Source of the DNA: an uncultured delta proteobacterium
GTDB taxonomy: Bacteria > Myxococcota_A > Polyangia > Fen-1088
Length of the DNA stretch: 64,000 bases
NCBI GenBank assembly: GCA_963767925.1
Contig: CAVYGB010000008.1
Coordinates: forward strand, 2,112,001 to 2,176,000
Direction of reading: 5' to 3'
How positions within the stretch are numbered: the first letter of the stretch is position 1; every line of letters begins with the position of its first letter. The position numbers and the translations under genes are program-made. Shown here piece after piece: positions 50,350 to 59,787 of the stretch. The notes under the pieces were generated by a model. That model saw only the letters and a program-made list of their open reading frames with translations. It searched no databases and had not been told where the DNA came from.

Positions 50350-53300
50350 ATGGACACCGATTCGAAACCGACATTGCCTGGCGCGGCGGAACCCGGTGAG
50401 CTCGTCGACCTCGACGGCGGCCGCTTCTACCGCATCTCCCGGGTGGACGACCTTCCACCTTTCCTGGTCACGGTCGCCAGCGACGCCGACCACTGGATGT
50501 TCGTCTCCAGCTCGGGCGCGCTGACCGCCGGGCGGGTCAGCCCCGGGCGGGCGCTGTTCCCTTACACCACCGACGACCGCCTCCACGACAGCGGCGAGAT
50601 CACCGGCCCCCGTACCATCCTGCGCGTGCGCCATCAGGCAGGCTGGCACCTCTGGGAGCCGTTCTCCAGCCGCGGCGCGGGCGCCTTCCGCACCTCCCGC
50701 AGCCTGGCCAGGAGCGTGCACGGCAACCAGCTCCGCTTCGAGGAGACAAACCACGACCTCGGCCTGGGGTTCTCCTACGTCTGGATGCCGAGCGCCCGCT
50801 TCGGGTTCGTCCGGCGGGCCACCCTGCGCAACCTGGGGCGGCACCCGATCGACCTCCAGGTGCTGGACGGCCTGCAGAACCTCCTGCCGGCGGGGGTCGA
50901 GCCGCGCTTTCAGCTCGCATACAGCACCCTCGTCGACGCCTACAAGGAGCAGGAGCTCGATCCGGAGACGCGGCTCGCCCTCTTCCGGCTGGCCTCGATC
51001 CCGGCCGACGCGCCCGAGCCGAGCGAGTCGCTCCGCGCGAACACCGTCTGGGCCACCGGCCTCCTGCCAGAACACGTCTTGCTGTCGGCCCGGCAGCTCG
51101 ACCGGTTCCGGCGGGGACAGCCCCTCTCGACAGAGACCTCGATCCGCGGGCAGCGGGGCGGATACTTCCTGACCGCCGCTTTGACCCTCGCGGGCGCCGG
51201 CAGCCAGCGCTGGTACCTGGTCGCGGAGGTCGAGCAGGACGCCGCCGGCGTGGTCGCGACGTCGCGCCTGTTGCGTTCGACCGGCGACCTGCCCGAGCAG
51301 CTCGAACAGGACGTGGCGGCCGGGACGGAGCGCCTGCGGCGCATCGTGGCCAGCGCCGACGGCTTGCAGGCCAGCGCCGACGAGCTGCTGACCGTCCGCC
51401 ACCAGGCCAACGTTCTTTTCAACTGCATGCGCGGGGGCATCCCGGTCGACGGCTACCACATCGAGCGCCGCGACCTGACCCGCCACCTGGCCACCGCCAA
51501 CCGGCAGCTCGCCACCCGCCAGCGCGCCTTCCTGGAGAGCTTGCCCGAGCGGCTGGACCACCAGGCGCTGCTGGCCGCCGTGCGCGGCGAGGGCGATCCC
51601 GATCTCGAGCGGCTGACCCTGGAATATTTGCCGCTCACCTTCAGCCGTCGGCACGGGGACCCCAGCCGCCCCTGGAATCACTTTGCCATCGCCGTCCGCG
51701 ACCGGTCGGGCCGGCCGATCCTCGACTATCAGGGGAACTGGCGCGACATCTTCCAGAACTGGGAGGCGCTGGCCCGATCGTTTCCCGGCTACCTCGAGAG
51801 CATGATCGCTCGATTCGTCGACGCCTCGACCGCCGACGGCTACAACCCCTTCCGCGTCACCCGCGATGGCTTCGACTGGGAGGTGAAGGACCCCCACGAC
51901 GCCTGGTCGCACATCGGGTACTGGGGCGACCACCAGGTGATCTACCTGCTCCGGCTCCTGGAGCTGTCCGCCCGGCACAACCCGGGGCGGCTGACCCGCC
52001 TGCTCGATCGGGCCGTGTTCACGTACGCCGCGGTCCCTTATCGGATCAAGCCCTACGCTGCCCAGGTCGCCGATCCGCAGGACACCATCGAGTTCGACGA
52101 ACGCGCCCACCGGGCCACGCTGGCCCGCGCCGCCACCATCGGATCCGACGGCAAGCTGATCCTCGACGCCGGCCTCGAGCCCTACCGGGTCAACCTGGTG
52201 GAGAAGCTGCTGGTCATGATCCTGGCCAAGCTCGCCAACTACGTGCCCGAGGCCGGCCTCTGGCTCAGCACCCAGCGGCCGGAGTGGAACGACGCCAACA
52301 ACGCCCTGGTGGGGAACGGCGCCTCGATGGTGACGCTGTATTACCTGCGGCGTTGCCTGGGGTTCCTCAGGACGCTGCTGGCCGAAGACCGCCTCGCCGA
52401 CACCTTCCTCGTGTCGCTCGAGGTGGCCGACCTCTTCGAGCGCACGAGCGAGGTGCTCCGCCGCTTCGAGGGCCACCTGACCGGGCCCCGGTCGGATGGA
52501 CAGCGGCAGCAGATGCTCGACGAGCTCGCCCGCCCGTCCAGTGATTACCGCACCCGCCTCTACAACCAGGGGTTCGCCGGGACCCGCACGCCCTTGACCC
52601 GCGCGGCGATCGACGCCTTCTTCCAGTCGGCCCTGCGCCACCTCGACCACAGCATCCGGGCCAACCGGCGCGAAGATGGCCTGTACCACGCCTACAACCT
52701 CATCAAACGCGGCCCCGGCGGCATCCAGATCCGGCGCCTCCCCGAGATGCTCGAGGGACAGGTGGCGGTGCTCAGCTCGGGCGCCCTCTCCCGGGTCGCG
52801 GCGCTGTCGCTCCTGGATGCCCTGCGGGCGAGCCGCCTCTACCGGCCCGATCAGGAGAGCTATCTGCTCTATCCCGACCGCCAGCTCCCCCGTTTCCTGG
52901 AGAAGAACCGCCTGCCGCCGGAGAGCGTCGCCGCCTCCGCCCTGCTGAGCGCCATGGTCGCCGAGGGGGACACCCGCATCGTGAACCAGGACGCCGACGG
53001 CGGGGTGCACTTCCACGCCGATTTTCGCAACGCCCGGGCCCTCGGGCAGGCGCTCGACGCTCTGGCCGGCTCCCCCCACGCGGACCTGGCGGCCGCCGAG
53101 CGCACGGCGCTGCTGGATCTGTACGAGCGGGTCTTCGACCACCAGTCGTTCACCGGCCGCTCGGGCAGCTTCTTCAAGTACGAGGGGCTGGGCTGCATCT
53201 ACTGGCACATGGTCAGCAAGCTGCTGCTGGCGATCCAGGAGGTGCTGGATGGCGAGGGACGCCCGGGCGCCCCGGACGCCGACGGGGCCGAGGCCAGCGA

Positions 53301-53817
53301 CCTGGTGCCCCGGCTGCGCGCGCACTACCACGCCGTCCGGGAGGGCCTGGGCAGCCACAAGCCACCGGCCGTCCACGGCGCCTTCCCCATCGATCCCTAC
53401 TCTCACACGCCCGGCCACGCCGGGGCCCAGCAGCCGGGCCTGACCGGGCAGGTCAAGGAAGACATCGTCGCGCGCCTGCGCGAGCTGGGCGTGCGGGTCG
53501 AAGGGGGGACCATCCGCTTCGACCCCGTCCTGTTGCGAGTCAGCGAGCTCCTGAAGGCGCCCGGCCGCTTCGACTACCTCGACGTCGGGGGCACCTGGCG
53601 CAGCCTGGCCCTCCCCGCCGGCAGCCTGGCCTTCACCCTGTGCCAGGTCCCGGTGCTCTATCGGGCCGGCGAGCGCCCCCACCTGGCGCTCACCCGCAGC
53701 GACGGCACCTGTCTGCCGGCGGAGGGCAACGTCCTCGGGCCGGAGCCGACCCGTGCGCTCTTCGACCGGACGGGCGAGGTCCGGCAGATCGAGGTCTGGA
53801 TCGCGGTGAACCCATGA
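50350..53817 (+). CDS. GH149-type beta-1,3-glucan phosphorylase
   Basis: About 1155 aa, no signal peptide; HWMFVSS.G.LTAGR..ALFPY, EYLPLTFSRRHGDPSRPWN, YQGNWRDIFQNWEAL, WGDHQ.IYL, QRPEWNDANNALVGNG, YEGLG.IYWHMVSKL, QQPG.TGQVKED. Confidence 0.82.
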   Translation: MDTDSKPTLPGAAEPGELVDLDGGRFYRISRVDDLPPFLVTVASDADHWMFVSSSGALTAGRVSPGRALFPYTTDDRLHDSGEITGPRTILRVRHQAGWHLWEPFSSRGAGAFRTSRSLARSVHGNQLRFEETNHDLGLGFSYVWMPSARFGFVRRATLRNLGRHPIDLQVLDGLQNLLPAGVEPRFQLAYSTLVDAYKEQELDPETRLALFRLASIPADAPEPSESLRANTVWATGLLPEHVLLSARQLDRFRRGQPLSTETSIRGQRGGYFLTAALTLAGAGSQRWYLVAEVEQDAAGVVATSRLLRSTGDLPEQLEQDVAAGTERLRRIVASADGLQASADELLTVRHQANVLFNCMRGGIPVDGYHIERRDLTRHLATANRQLATRQRAFLESLPERLDHQALLAAVRGEGDPDLERLTLEYLPLTFSRRHGDPSRPWNHFAIAVRDRSGRPILDYQGNWRDIFQNWEALARSFPGYLESMIARFVDASTADGYNPFRVTRDGFDWEVKDPHDAWSHIGYWGDHQVIYLLRLLELSARHNPGRLTRLLDRAVFTYAAVPYRIKPYAAQVADPQDTIEFDERAHRATLARAATIGSDGKLILDAGLEPYRVNLVEKLLVMILAKLANYVPEAGLWLSTQRPEWNDANNALVGNGASMVTLYYLRRCLGFLRTLLAEDRLADTFLVSLEVADLFERTSEVLRRFEGHLTGPRSDGQRQQMLDELARPSSDYRTRLYNQGFAGTRTPLTRAAIDAFFQSALRHLDHSIRANRREDGLYHAYNLIKRGPGGIQIRRLPEMLEGQVAVLSSGALSRVAALSLLDALRASRLYRPDQESYLLYPDRQLPRFLEKNRLPPESVAASALLSAMVAEGDTRIVNQDADGGVHFHADFRNARALGQALDALAGSPHADLAAAERTALLDLYERVFDHQSFTGRSGSFFKYEGLGCIYWHMVSKLLLAIQEVLDGEGRPGAPDADGAEASDLVPRLRAHYHAVREGLGSHKPPAVHGAFPIDPYSHTPGHAGAQQPGLTGQVKEDIVARLRELGVRVEGGTIRFDPVLLRVSELLKAPGRFDYLDVGGTWRSLALPAGSLAFTLCQVPVLYRAGERPHLALTRSDGTCLPAEGNVLGPEPTRALFDRTGEVRQIEVWIAVNP

Positions 53818-55211
53818 ACACGAACAACGGGAAGCTGTCCTTGCAGGAGAAGGTGGGGTACGCCCTCGGTGACACCGCCTCGAACTTCTACTGGAAGACC
53901 TTCGAGTTCTTCCTGCTGATCTTCTACACCGACGTCTTCGGCCTCTCGCCCGCCATGGCGGGGACCATGTTCCTCGTGACCCGGGTCTTCGACGCCCTCA
54001 TCGATCCGGTGATGGGCGCCATCGCCGACCGCACCCGCACCCCCTGGGGCCGCTTCCGGCCTTACCTGCTCTGGGGCGCGTTGCCCCTCGCGGTGGCCGG
54101 CGTGTTGACCTTCACCACGCCCGACCTCGACGGCGAGGGCAAGCTGGTCTACGCCTTCCTCACCTACGGGTTCATGATGGTGGCCTACACGGTCGTCAAC
54201 ATCCCCTACTCCGCTCTCATGGGCGTGGCCACCTCGGACAGCCAGGATCGGACCGCGCTGTCCTCGATCCGCTTCATCGGCGGCTTCACCGGGGGGGTCA
54301 TCGTGGTGGCGGCCATGCCCTGGATGGTGCGCACCCTGGGCGCGGGCAACGCCGCCCGCGGCTGGCAGCTCGCCATGATCATCTGGGGCATCCTGGCGGC
54401 CGGGCTGTTCGTGGCCTGCTTCGCCCTCACCCGGGAGCGGGTCTCGCCACCCGCCGAGCAGCGGGCGGATCTCCGGCGCGAGCTCGTGGATCTGGTCACC
54501 AACCGGCCCTGGCTGGTGATGTTCCTGCTCGGCATCGTCACCCTGACCTCGTTCATCACCCGCGGCCAGACCACCGCCTTCTATTTCAAATATTACGTGG
54601 GCAACGAGGCCCTCACCGGTGTCTTCATCTCCAGCGGGATGATCGCCGGCATCGTGGGGATCGCGCTCACCGCGCCCCTGAGCCGGATCTTCGGGGGCAA
54701 GAAGAACCTGTTCTGCGTGCTGATGGCGGTGTCGGGGTCGCTCACCCTGGTCTTCTATTTCATCCCCCCCGATCGCCCGGGGCTCATCATCGGCTTCAAC
54801 ATCCTGATCGTCTTCATCCAGGGGCCGAACTCGCCGCTGGTCTGGGCCATGTATGCCGACACGGCCGACTACGGAGAGTGGAGCAACGGGCGCCGCAACA
54901 CCGGCCTGATCTTCGCGGCCGCCACCATGGCCCAGAAGGGCGGCGGCGCCCTGGCCGGGATGCTCAACGGGCTGCTGCTGACCGCCTTCGGCTACGTGGC
55001 CAACGTGGAGCAGAGCGCCCGCTCCCTGGCCGGCATCCGCCTCAGCATGAGCCTGGTGCCCGGCGCGCTCTGCATCGTGGCGGCGGCGATCACCCTCATC
55101 TACACCCTCGACGATCGCACCATGAAGCGGATCGAGCGCGACCTCCTGGCCCGCCGGGCCAGCGCACGCCCCGAGGATCCCGAGGGACCGCTGCGTCCCG
55201 TGGTCGCCTAG
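53814..55211 (+). CDS. GPH-family (MelB-like) MFS sugar:cation symporter
   Basis: EKVGYALGD.ASN, DPVMGAIADRT.TPWGRFRPY, NIPYSAL, MYADTADYGEW..GRR; ATGA overlap with phosphorylase. Confidence 0.93.
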   Translation: MNTNNGKLSLQEKVGYALGDTASNFYWKTFEFFLLIFYTDVFGLSPAMAGTMFLVTRVFDALIDPVMGAIADRTRTPWGRFRPYLLWGALPLAVAGVLTFTTPDLDGEGKLVYAFLTYGFMMVAYTVVNIPYSALMGVATSDSQDRTALSSIRFIGGFTGGVIVVAAMPWMVRTLGAGNAARGWQLAMIIWGILAAGLFVACFALTRERVSPPAEQRADLRRELVDLVTNRPWLVMFLLGIVTLTSFITRGQTTAFYFKYYVGNEALTGVFISSGMIAGIVGIALTAPLSRIFGGKKNLFCVLMAVSGSLTLVFYFIPPDRPGLIIGFNILIVFIQGPNSPLVWAMYADTADYGEWSNGRRNTGLIFAAATMAQKGGGALAGMLNGLLLTAFGYVANVEQSARSLAGIRLSMSLVPGALCIVAAAITLIYTLDDRTMKRIERDLLARRASARPEDPEGPLRPVVA

Positions 55212-55305
55212 CCGACGCCGCCGCTCGGGAAGAAACCGCTCGGTGTCGGACCCTGAACATCCGGTCGCGGGGTCGATGGTGCCGCCGCGTCGAAAGGGGA
55301 TCGTC

Positions 55306-56076
55306 ATGACCGTGTCCAGGCGTCGCTCACACACGTGCAGATTTCTTCTGGCCTTCGCGCTCGCCGCTGCCGCCTGCGGTCCGGACGCCACCACCGGAAG
55401 CGAGCCGCTAGTGGGCGGCAACACCGGCAGCTCCGGCGGCGCTGGAGGGACTGCGCCCCCGCCGACCGGCGGCGCGGGGCCCGCCCCCAGCACGGGCGGG
55501 GTGGCTTTGCCGATGTCGGTCACCGCCCAGTTCCAGAACCAGGGCTGGTTCGCCGACCCGAGCGTGGAGATGTTCTTCGCGGGCGGGATGGTCATCCGCC
55601 AGGTCGACGGCACGACCGGGCCCTGTGCCGCCCGTTTGCCCCAGGTCCGCGGCAAGTGCGTGAAGGTCACCTACACGCCTCCGGCCGGGCTGGTGCCGCC
55701 GCCGACCGGCGGCTGGGTGGGCGTCTACTTTCTCACCACGGCGAACAACGATCACCCCGAAGCCACCCCGCCCGTCCGGGTCGGAGAGGCCAACTGGGGC
55801 ATCGAGCCAGGGCTCAACATAGCCCCCGGCGCGACGAAGATCTCCTTCCTGGCCGCGGCCGATGAGGAGGGGGTGGCCGTCTCGTTCAAGGCCGGCACCG
55901 ACAAGGACACCTTCACCGTCCAGGAGCAGCGCCAGGTGCTCGGCACGGCCTGGAAGCGCCACGAGCTACCGGTCAGCGGCGTCTACGGCAGCAGCGTGAT
56001 CGGTGGCTTCGCCTGGGTCCTCGGCGACACGACCAGGCCAGCGACGTTTTACCTCGACAACATCGTATGGGAGTAG
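55306..56076 (+). CDS. Lipoprotein with uncharacterised CBM-like beta-sandwich domain (copy 2)
   Basis: Lipobox AAAC, Gly linker; domain clearly homologous to the N-terminal domain of the thaumatin protein. Confidence 0.75.
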   Translation: MTVSRRRSHTCRFLLAFALAAAACGPDATTGSEPLVGGNTGSSGGAGGTAPPPTGGAGPAPSTGGVALPMSVTAQFQNQGWFADPSVEMFFAGGMVIRQVDGTTGPCAARLPQVRGKCVKVTYTPPAGLVPPPTGGWVGVYFLTTANNDHPEATPPVRVGEANWGIEPGLNIAPGATKISFLAAADEEGVAVSFKAGTDKDTFTVQEQRQVLGTAWKRHELPVSGVYGSSVIGGFAWVLGDTTRPATFYLDNIVWE

Positions 56077-57323
56077 CAGCCCGCCCACCCGGTCATGGCT
56101 CGACCGGCGCCCTGATCGTCGCGATCATGTCCACGGCCTGCATCTCACCGCTCGAGGGGGTCGCCCGCCGCGGGGGGGGCGCGCCGGTCGCGCCGCTGCC
56201 CGCTCAGGATGCGGCGGCCACCCCCGGCCCCCCGGCCCGCCCCGGAGACGGTGGGCCGTCGCCGGCCGACGCCCGGGTCCCCCCGCCCATCCCGGGAGGT
56301 GACGCCGGCGCCGCTCCCCCATCCCCGCCGGCAAGCCCAACGGCGGAGGGGATCGCGTCGGCGTCGGTGGTTGGCTTCGAGCTGCTGGTCCGCTGGCGCA
56401 ACCCCGACGGCAGCGTCACCCCGCCGGTCCCCTTCGACATCCGGGGCGTCTCCTGGAGCCCCGCCGACCGGGGCAGCCTCCGGCCCCTCGAGGCCGACTA
56501 CCGGCGGGCCGCCGATCGCGATCTGCCGCTCATGCGGGCGGCCAGCATCAACGTGGTCAAGACCTACGGTCCCCTCGACGCCGCCACCCTCGACGAGCTC
56601 CTGGCCCACGGCATCTTCGCCATCATCACCGTGTTCACCGCCGAGGGGAACGTCTTCGAGCCGGTGGTGCAAACGCTCCGCGATCACCCGGCCGTGCTGA
56701 TGTGGATGGTCGGCAATGAGTGGAACCTGAACCGCCTCTACCAGACCTGCACCGGGGACGCCTGCTCCGCCCGCGTCGAGGCGGTCGCGCGGCGGATCAA
56801 GCAGCTCGACCCCCGCCACCCGGTGGCCACCTCCTTCGCCCCCTCCGGAGAGCTGCCCGGCGAGGCCGACCTGCGCCGCTTGCCCAGCGTCGACGTCTGG
56901 GGCCTCAACATCTACTCGCAGCCCGGGTTCTTCAACCGCTTCAACAACTGGCGCCTGCTCGCTCAGCAGACCGGGATTCGCAAGCCCTTCTTCCTGAGCG
57001 AATACGGCGCCGACGCCTACGACAACCTGAACGGGCGGCCCGACCTGGAGGCGCAGGCCCAGGCCCTGCGCCGCCAGACCGCGGAGATCCGGATCCAGCT
57101 CAGCGCCCACAACCCCGCCTTCCCTTGCCTGGGCGGCACCCCCTTCGAATGGAACGACGAGTGGTGGAAGCGGGGCAACCCCGGGGCCCAGGACGCGGGG
57201 GGCTTCGCCAACGACGGGGTGGCCGCCGACCGCTTCGCCAACGAGGAGTGGTGGGGAATCGTCGATGTCGAGCGCAATCCGCGTCCCGCCTATCAGGTGT
57301 TGAAGGAGCTGTACGCCAAATGA
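56067..57323 (+). CDS. Clan GH-A glycoside hydrolase (GH2 TIM-barrel-like), probable beta-glucanase lipoprotein
   Basis: IRGVSWSP, DLPLMR...INVVKTY, HPAVLMWMVGNE (acid/base), KPFFLSEYG (nucleophile), FEWNDEWWK, NEEWWGI, RPAY. Confidence 0.8.
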   Translation: MGVAARPPGHGSTGALIVAIMSTACISPLEGVARRGGGAPVAPLPAQDAAATPGPPARPGDGGPSPADARVPPPIPGGDAGAAPPSPPASPTAEGIASASVVGFELLVRWRNPDGSVTPPVPFDIRGVSWSPADRGSLRPLEADYRRAADRDLPLMRAASINVVKTYGPLDAATLDELLAHGIFAIITVFTAEGNVFEPVVQTLRDHPAVLMWMVGNEWNLNRLYQTCTGDACSARVEAVARRIKQLDPRHPVATSFAPSGELPGEADLRRLPSVDVWGLNIYSQPGFFNRFNNWRLLAQQTGIRKPFFLSEYGADAYDNLNGRPDLEAQAQALRRQTAEIRIQLSAHNPAFPCLGGTPFEWNDEWWKRGNPGAQDAGGFANDGVAADRFANEEWWGIVDVERNPRPAYQVLKELYAK

Positions 57324-57946
57324 ACAGGAAAAATCGTCGTGTCCACGCCCAGCCACTCGCCGCCGGGCTCGCCCTGGCTACCTTCGGAGCGATCGGCTGC
57401 GTGTCCCCCGCCGAGCCACCCCTCGAGCCGATCGAGATCCCCTTCGCGGTGTCCGACTACTACTCGCCCGACGGCTTCTTCGGGGACGGCGAGACCCGCG
57501 GCCTCATGGACGTGACGAAGGTCTGCCCGGATCGCGTCCCCGGCGCCCGCGGCGACTGTTACACGGTCACCTACCAGCCGGGCGCCCGCCGCTTCGGCGG
57601 CGTCTACTGGCAATACCCCCACAACAACTGGGGCTACTGGCCGGGCCACCAGGTGGCCGGCGGGGCGAACCGGATCCGGTTTCGCGCCCGCGGCGCCCGG
57701 GGCGGCGAAGGGGTGACGGCCGGCGCGGGACAGACCAACACCCCCAACAGCCACAACGACAGCTTCCGTCTGGAGGAGGCCACCTTCGCCCTGACTGACC
57801 GCTGGACCGAACACGAAGTCCCCTTCCGGGGCGCGGCCTACGGCGGGACCAGCGGCGTCATCGGCGCCTTCCTCGTCACCCTCATCGCGCCCGACGACGA
57901 CAAACCCACCGTCGTCCACCTCGACGACATCCGGTGGGCGCCATGA
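57320..57946 (+). CDS. Lipoprotein with uncharacterised CBM-like beta-sandwich domain (copy 3)
   Basis: Lipobox AIGC; PDGFFGD, C..R.PGARGDC, GGVYWQYPHNNWG, FRARGARGGE, VIGAF, HLDDIRW. Confidence 0.75.
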   Translation: MNRKNRRVHAQPLAAGLALATFGAIGCVSPAEPPLEPIEIPFAVSDYYSPDGFFGDGETRGLMDVTKVCPDRVPGARGDCYTVTYQPGARRFGGVYWQYPHNNWGYWPGHQVAGGANRIRFRARGARGGEGVTAGAGQTNTPNSHNDSFRLEEATFALTDRWTEHEVPFRGAAYGGTSGVIGAFLVTLIAPDDDKPTVVHLDDIRWAP

Positions 57947-58002
57947 AGGAAGCCAAGATGAGCCGGGCGAAGATGAAGCGGGTACATGAAGGGAGGAGCG
58001 CG

Positions 58003-59787
58003 ATGAGGGCGCGGCTCCCGAGGGCGGCGATCGCGGCGGTCGCGGCCCTGGTGGCCGCCCGCCTGGCGCCGGCCCAGGCCCAGCCCCCGCCCCCCCGGGC
58101 CAACCCCTTCGCCTGCCTGGGCGAGGGCGACGCCCTCTCGCGGGGGATGACCACCGAGGAGATGCGGTCCGAGATCGACAAGCGCCTGGCCCATCCCTTC
58201 CAGCCAGAGAGCGCCGGCCCCGAGGGGCAGGTGGAGGTGGCTCGCCACCACTGCGTGACCGCCGAGCTGATGCGCCGGGTGGGTGACGTGCGGGCCCCGG
58301 ACTATTACGCCCGGGCCATCGCCAGCGACCCCGCCGAGCCGGGCATGGACCTCTGGTACGGCTACTACATGCGCAACGTGCGCGGACCCCGGCACGCCAT
58401 GGTGGAGGAGGCGGAGCTGCACCACCACGCCGCCCTCGACAAGCTGCGGGCCCTGCGCGCGCAGAACGCGGCCCTGGACTTCGACGACGTGACCGAGGCC
58501 TGGGTGCGCCGCGGCCTCATGAACCTGTACCAGGAGGACGGGCTCCCGCTGCTGCGGGCCAAGGCCTTCCCCTACGCCCGCAACGGCGCCCGCCAGATCG
58601 GCGCCTCCCTCACCGCCATCTTGCGCGCCTCGGCCGACACGAACGAGTTCGGCTCGATCGACGACAGCCGGCGCTACGCCGCCGAGGCCCAGTTCGCCGG
58701 CTCCCCCCAGCGGCTCAACCGCCCGCTCGATCCGCAGGAGCTGCGCGGGATCATCCGCACGCCCTTCCGCTACGGGCTGTTCAGCCGCCTGCGCCTGCGC
58801 CTGCCCTGGATCGGGGCCCTCGACGCCAGCTACGAATATTTTCGCGCGCCCGACAGTCAGATCGGCGCCTACACCGAGCCGAACCGGTTCACCAACGTGG
58901 CGGTGGACAGCTTCTCGGTCGGCTGGAAACGCACCCTCGATCTCCACCCGGTGTTCGACCTCCTCCTCGACGTCGCCTACCGCCGGGTCGAGCGCACCGG
59001 CGTCGTGGAGTGGTATCCCCAGCTCCGCGAGGGGGTGAACCTGCTGGAGCTGCGGCCGGCGGTGGCCCGCTTCATCGGCCCCGACAAGCTGCTGCTGGGC
59101 ATGAACTACGTGTACATGCAGATCCCCACCGTCCCGGGCGGGGCGGTCTCGGACCGGGTGCGGGCCCGGGCCATCCGGGCCTTTTACGCCGACTACGCGG
59201 TCTACCGGCAGCTCCTGCTGCCCGACCCCACCACCTGGGAGCTGAAGCGACGGGCCACCCGCGGCTTGCACTTCTACGGAGGCTACGCCATGGACGACGA
59301 GGCCTTCGGCGTGCGGGTCTCCTACCGGCGCGACAGCTACGGCGGCATCAGCCTGCGCGGGGTGGGCGCCTTCGACTTCACCTTGCAAGGGAGCGTGCTG
59401 GCCTCCGACAGCACCGAGGACCGCCGCGGCGTCGGGGGGGACATCGTGCGGGTGCTGGACCAGGCCCAGGTGATCCGTCAGGTGCGCCCCACCTTCGTCC
59501 TGCTCTACCGCCTCCTCGACGAGGAGGCGATCCCCGACCTGCCCAGGACGCCCCTGGCGGGGCTCAACCTCGTCATCCCGGTGCGGGCCGACTTCGCCTA
59601 CCGGGGTACCGACGCGTTCGACAACGTTCGCGGCGGCGCCGAGGTCTGGAGCAAGCTCGTCAGCACCGGCCTGCGCGGGACCAACTTCCTGCTGACCGCC
59701 GGCTACGAGGCGCAGCTGTTCCATCGCCTGTCCCGGGTGATCCACATGGGCCGGGTCGAGCTGCGCATGGGCTGGGGGCGCCTGTGA
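58003..59787 (+). CDS. Hypothetical exported protein: TPR-like N-terminus and probable outer-membrane beta-barrel
   Basis: GGGAGGAG RBS; signal peptide ending AQA; YYARAIASDPAEP; many amphipathic strands; C-terminus VELRMGWGRL. Confidence 0.65.
   Translation: MRARLPRAAIAAVAALVAARLAPAQAQPPPPRANPFACLGEGDALSRGMTTEEMRSEIDKRLAHPFQPESAGPEGQVEVARHHCVTAELMRRVGDVRAPDYYARAIASDPAEPGMDLWYGYYMRNVRGPRHAMVEEAELHHHAALDKLRALRAQNAALDFDDVTEAWVRRGLMNLYQEDGLPLLRAKAFPYARNGARQIGASLTAILRASADTNEFGSIDDSRRYAAEAQFAGSPQRLNRPLDPQELRGIIRTPFRYGLFSRLRLRLPWIGALDASYEYFRAPDSQIGAYTEPNRFTNVAVDSFSVGWKRTLDLHPVFDLLLDVAYRRVERTGVVEWYPQLREGVNLLELRPAVARFIGPDKLLLGMNYVYMQIPTVPGGAVSDRVRARAIRAFYADYAVYRQLLLPDPTTWELKRRATRGLHFYGGYAMDDEAFGVRVSYRRDSYGGISLRGVGAFDFTLQGSVLASDSTEDRRGVGGDIVRVLDQAQVIRQVRPTFVLLYRLLDEEAIPDLPRTPLAGLNLVIPVRADFAYRGTDAFDNVRGGAEVWSKLVSTGLRGTNFLLTAGYEAQLFHRLSRVIHMGRVELRMGWGRL

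Noticed and set aside
50224..53682. 1152-aa minus-strand ORF and similar long antisense ORFs (32888-35944, 36909-39326, 29629-31953, 44457-47075)
   Set aside because: Shadow ORFs of real genes in high-GC DNA; no motifs, and the opposite strand has clear family signatures.
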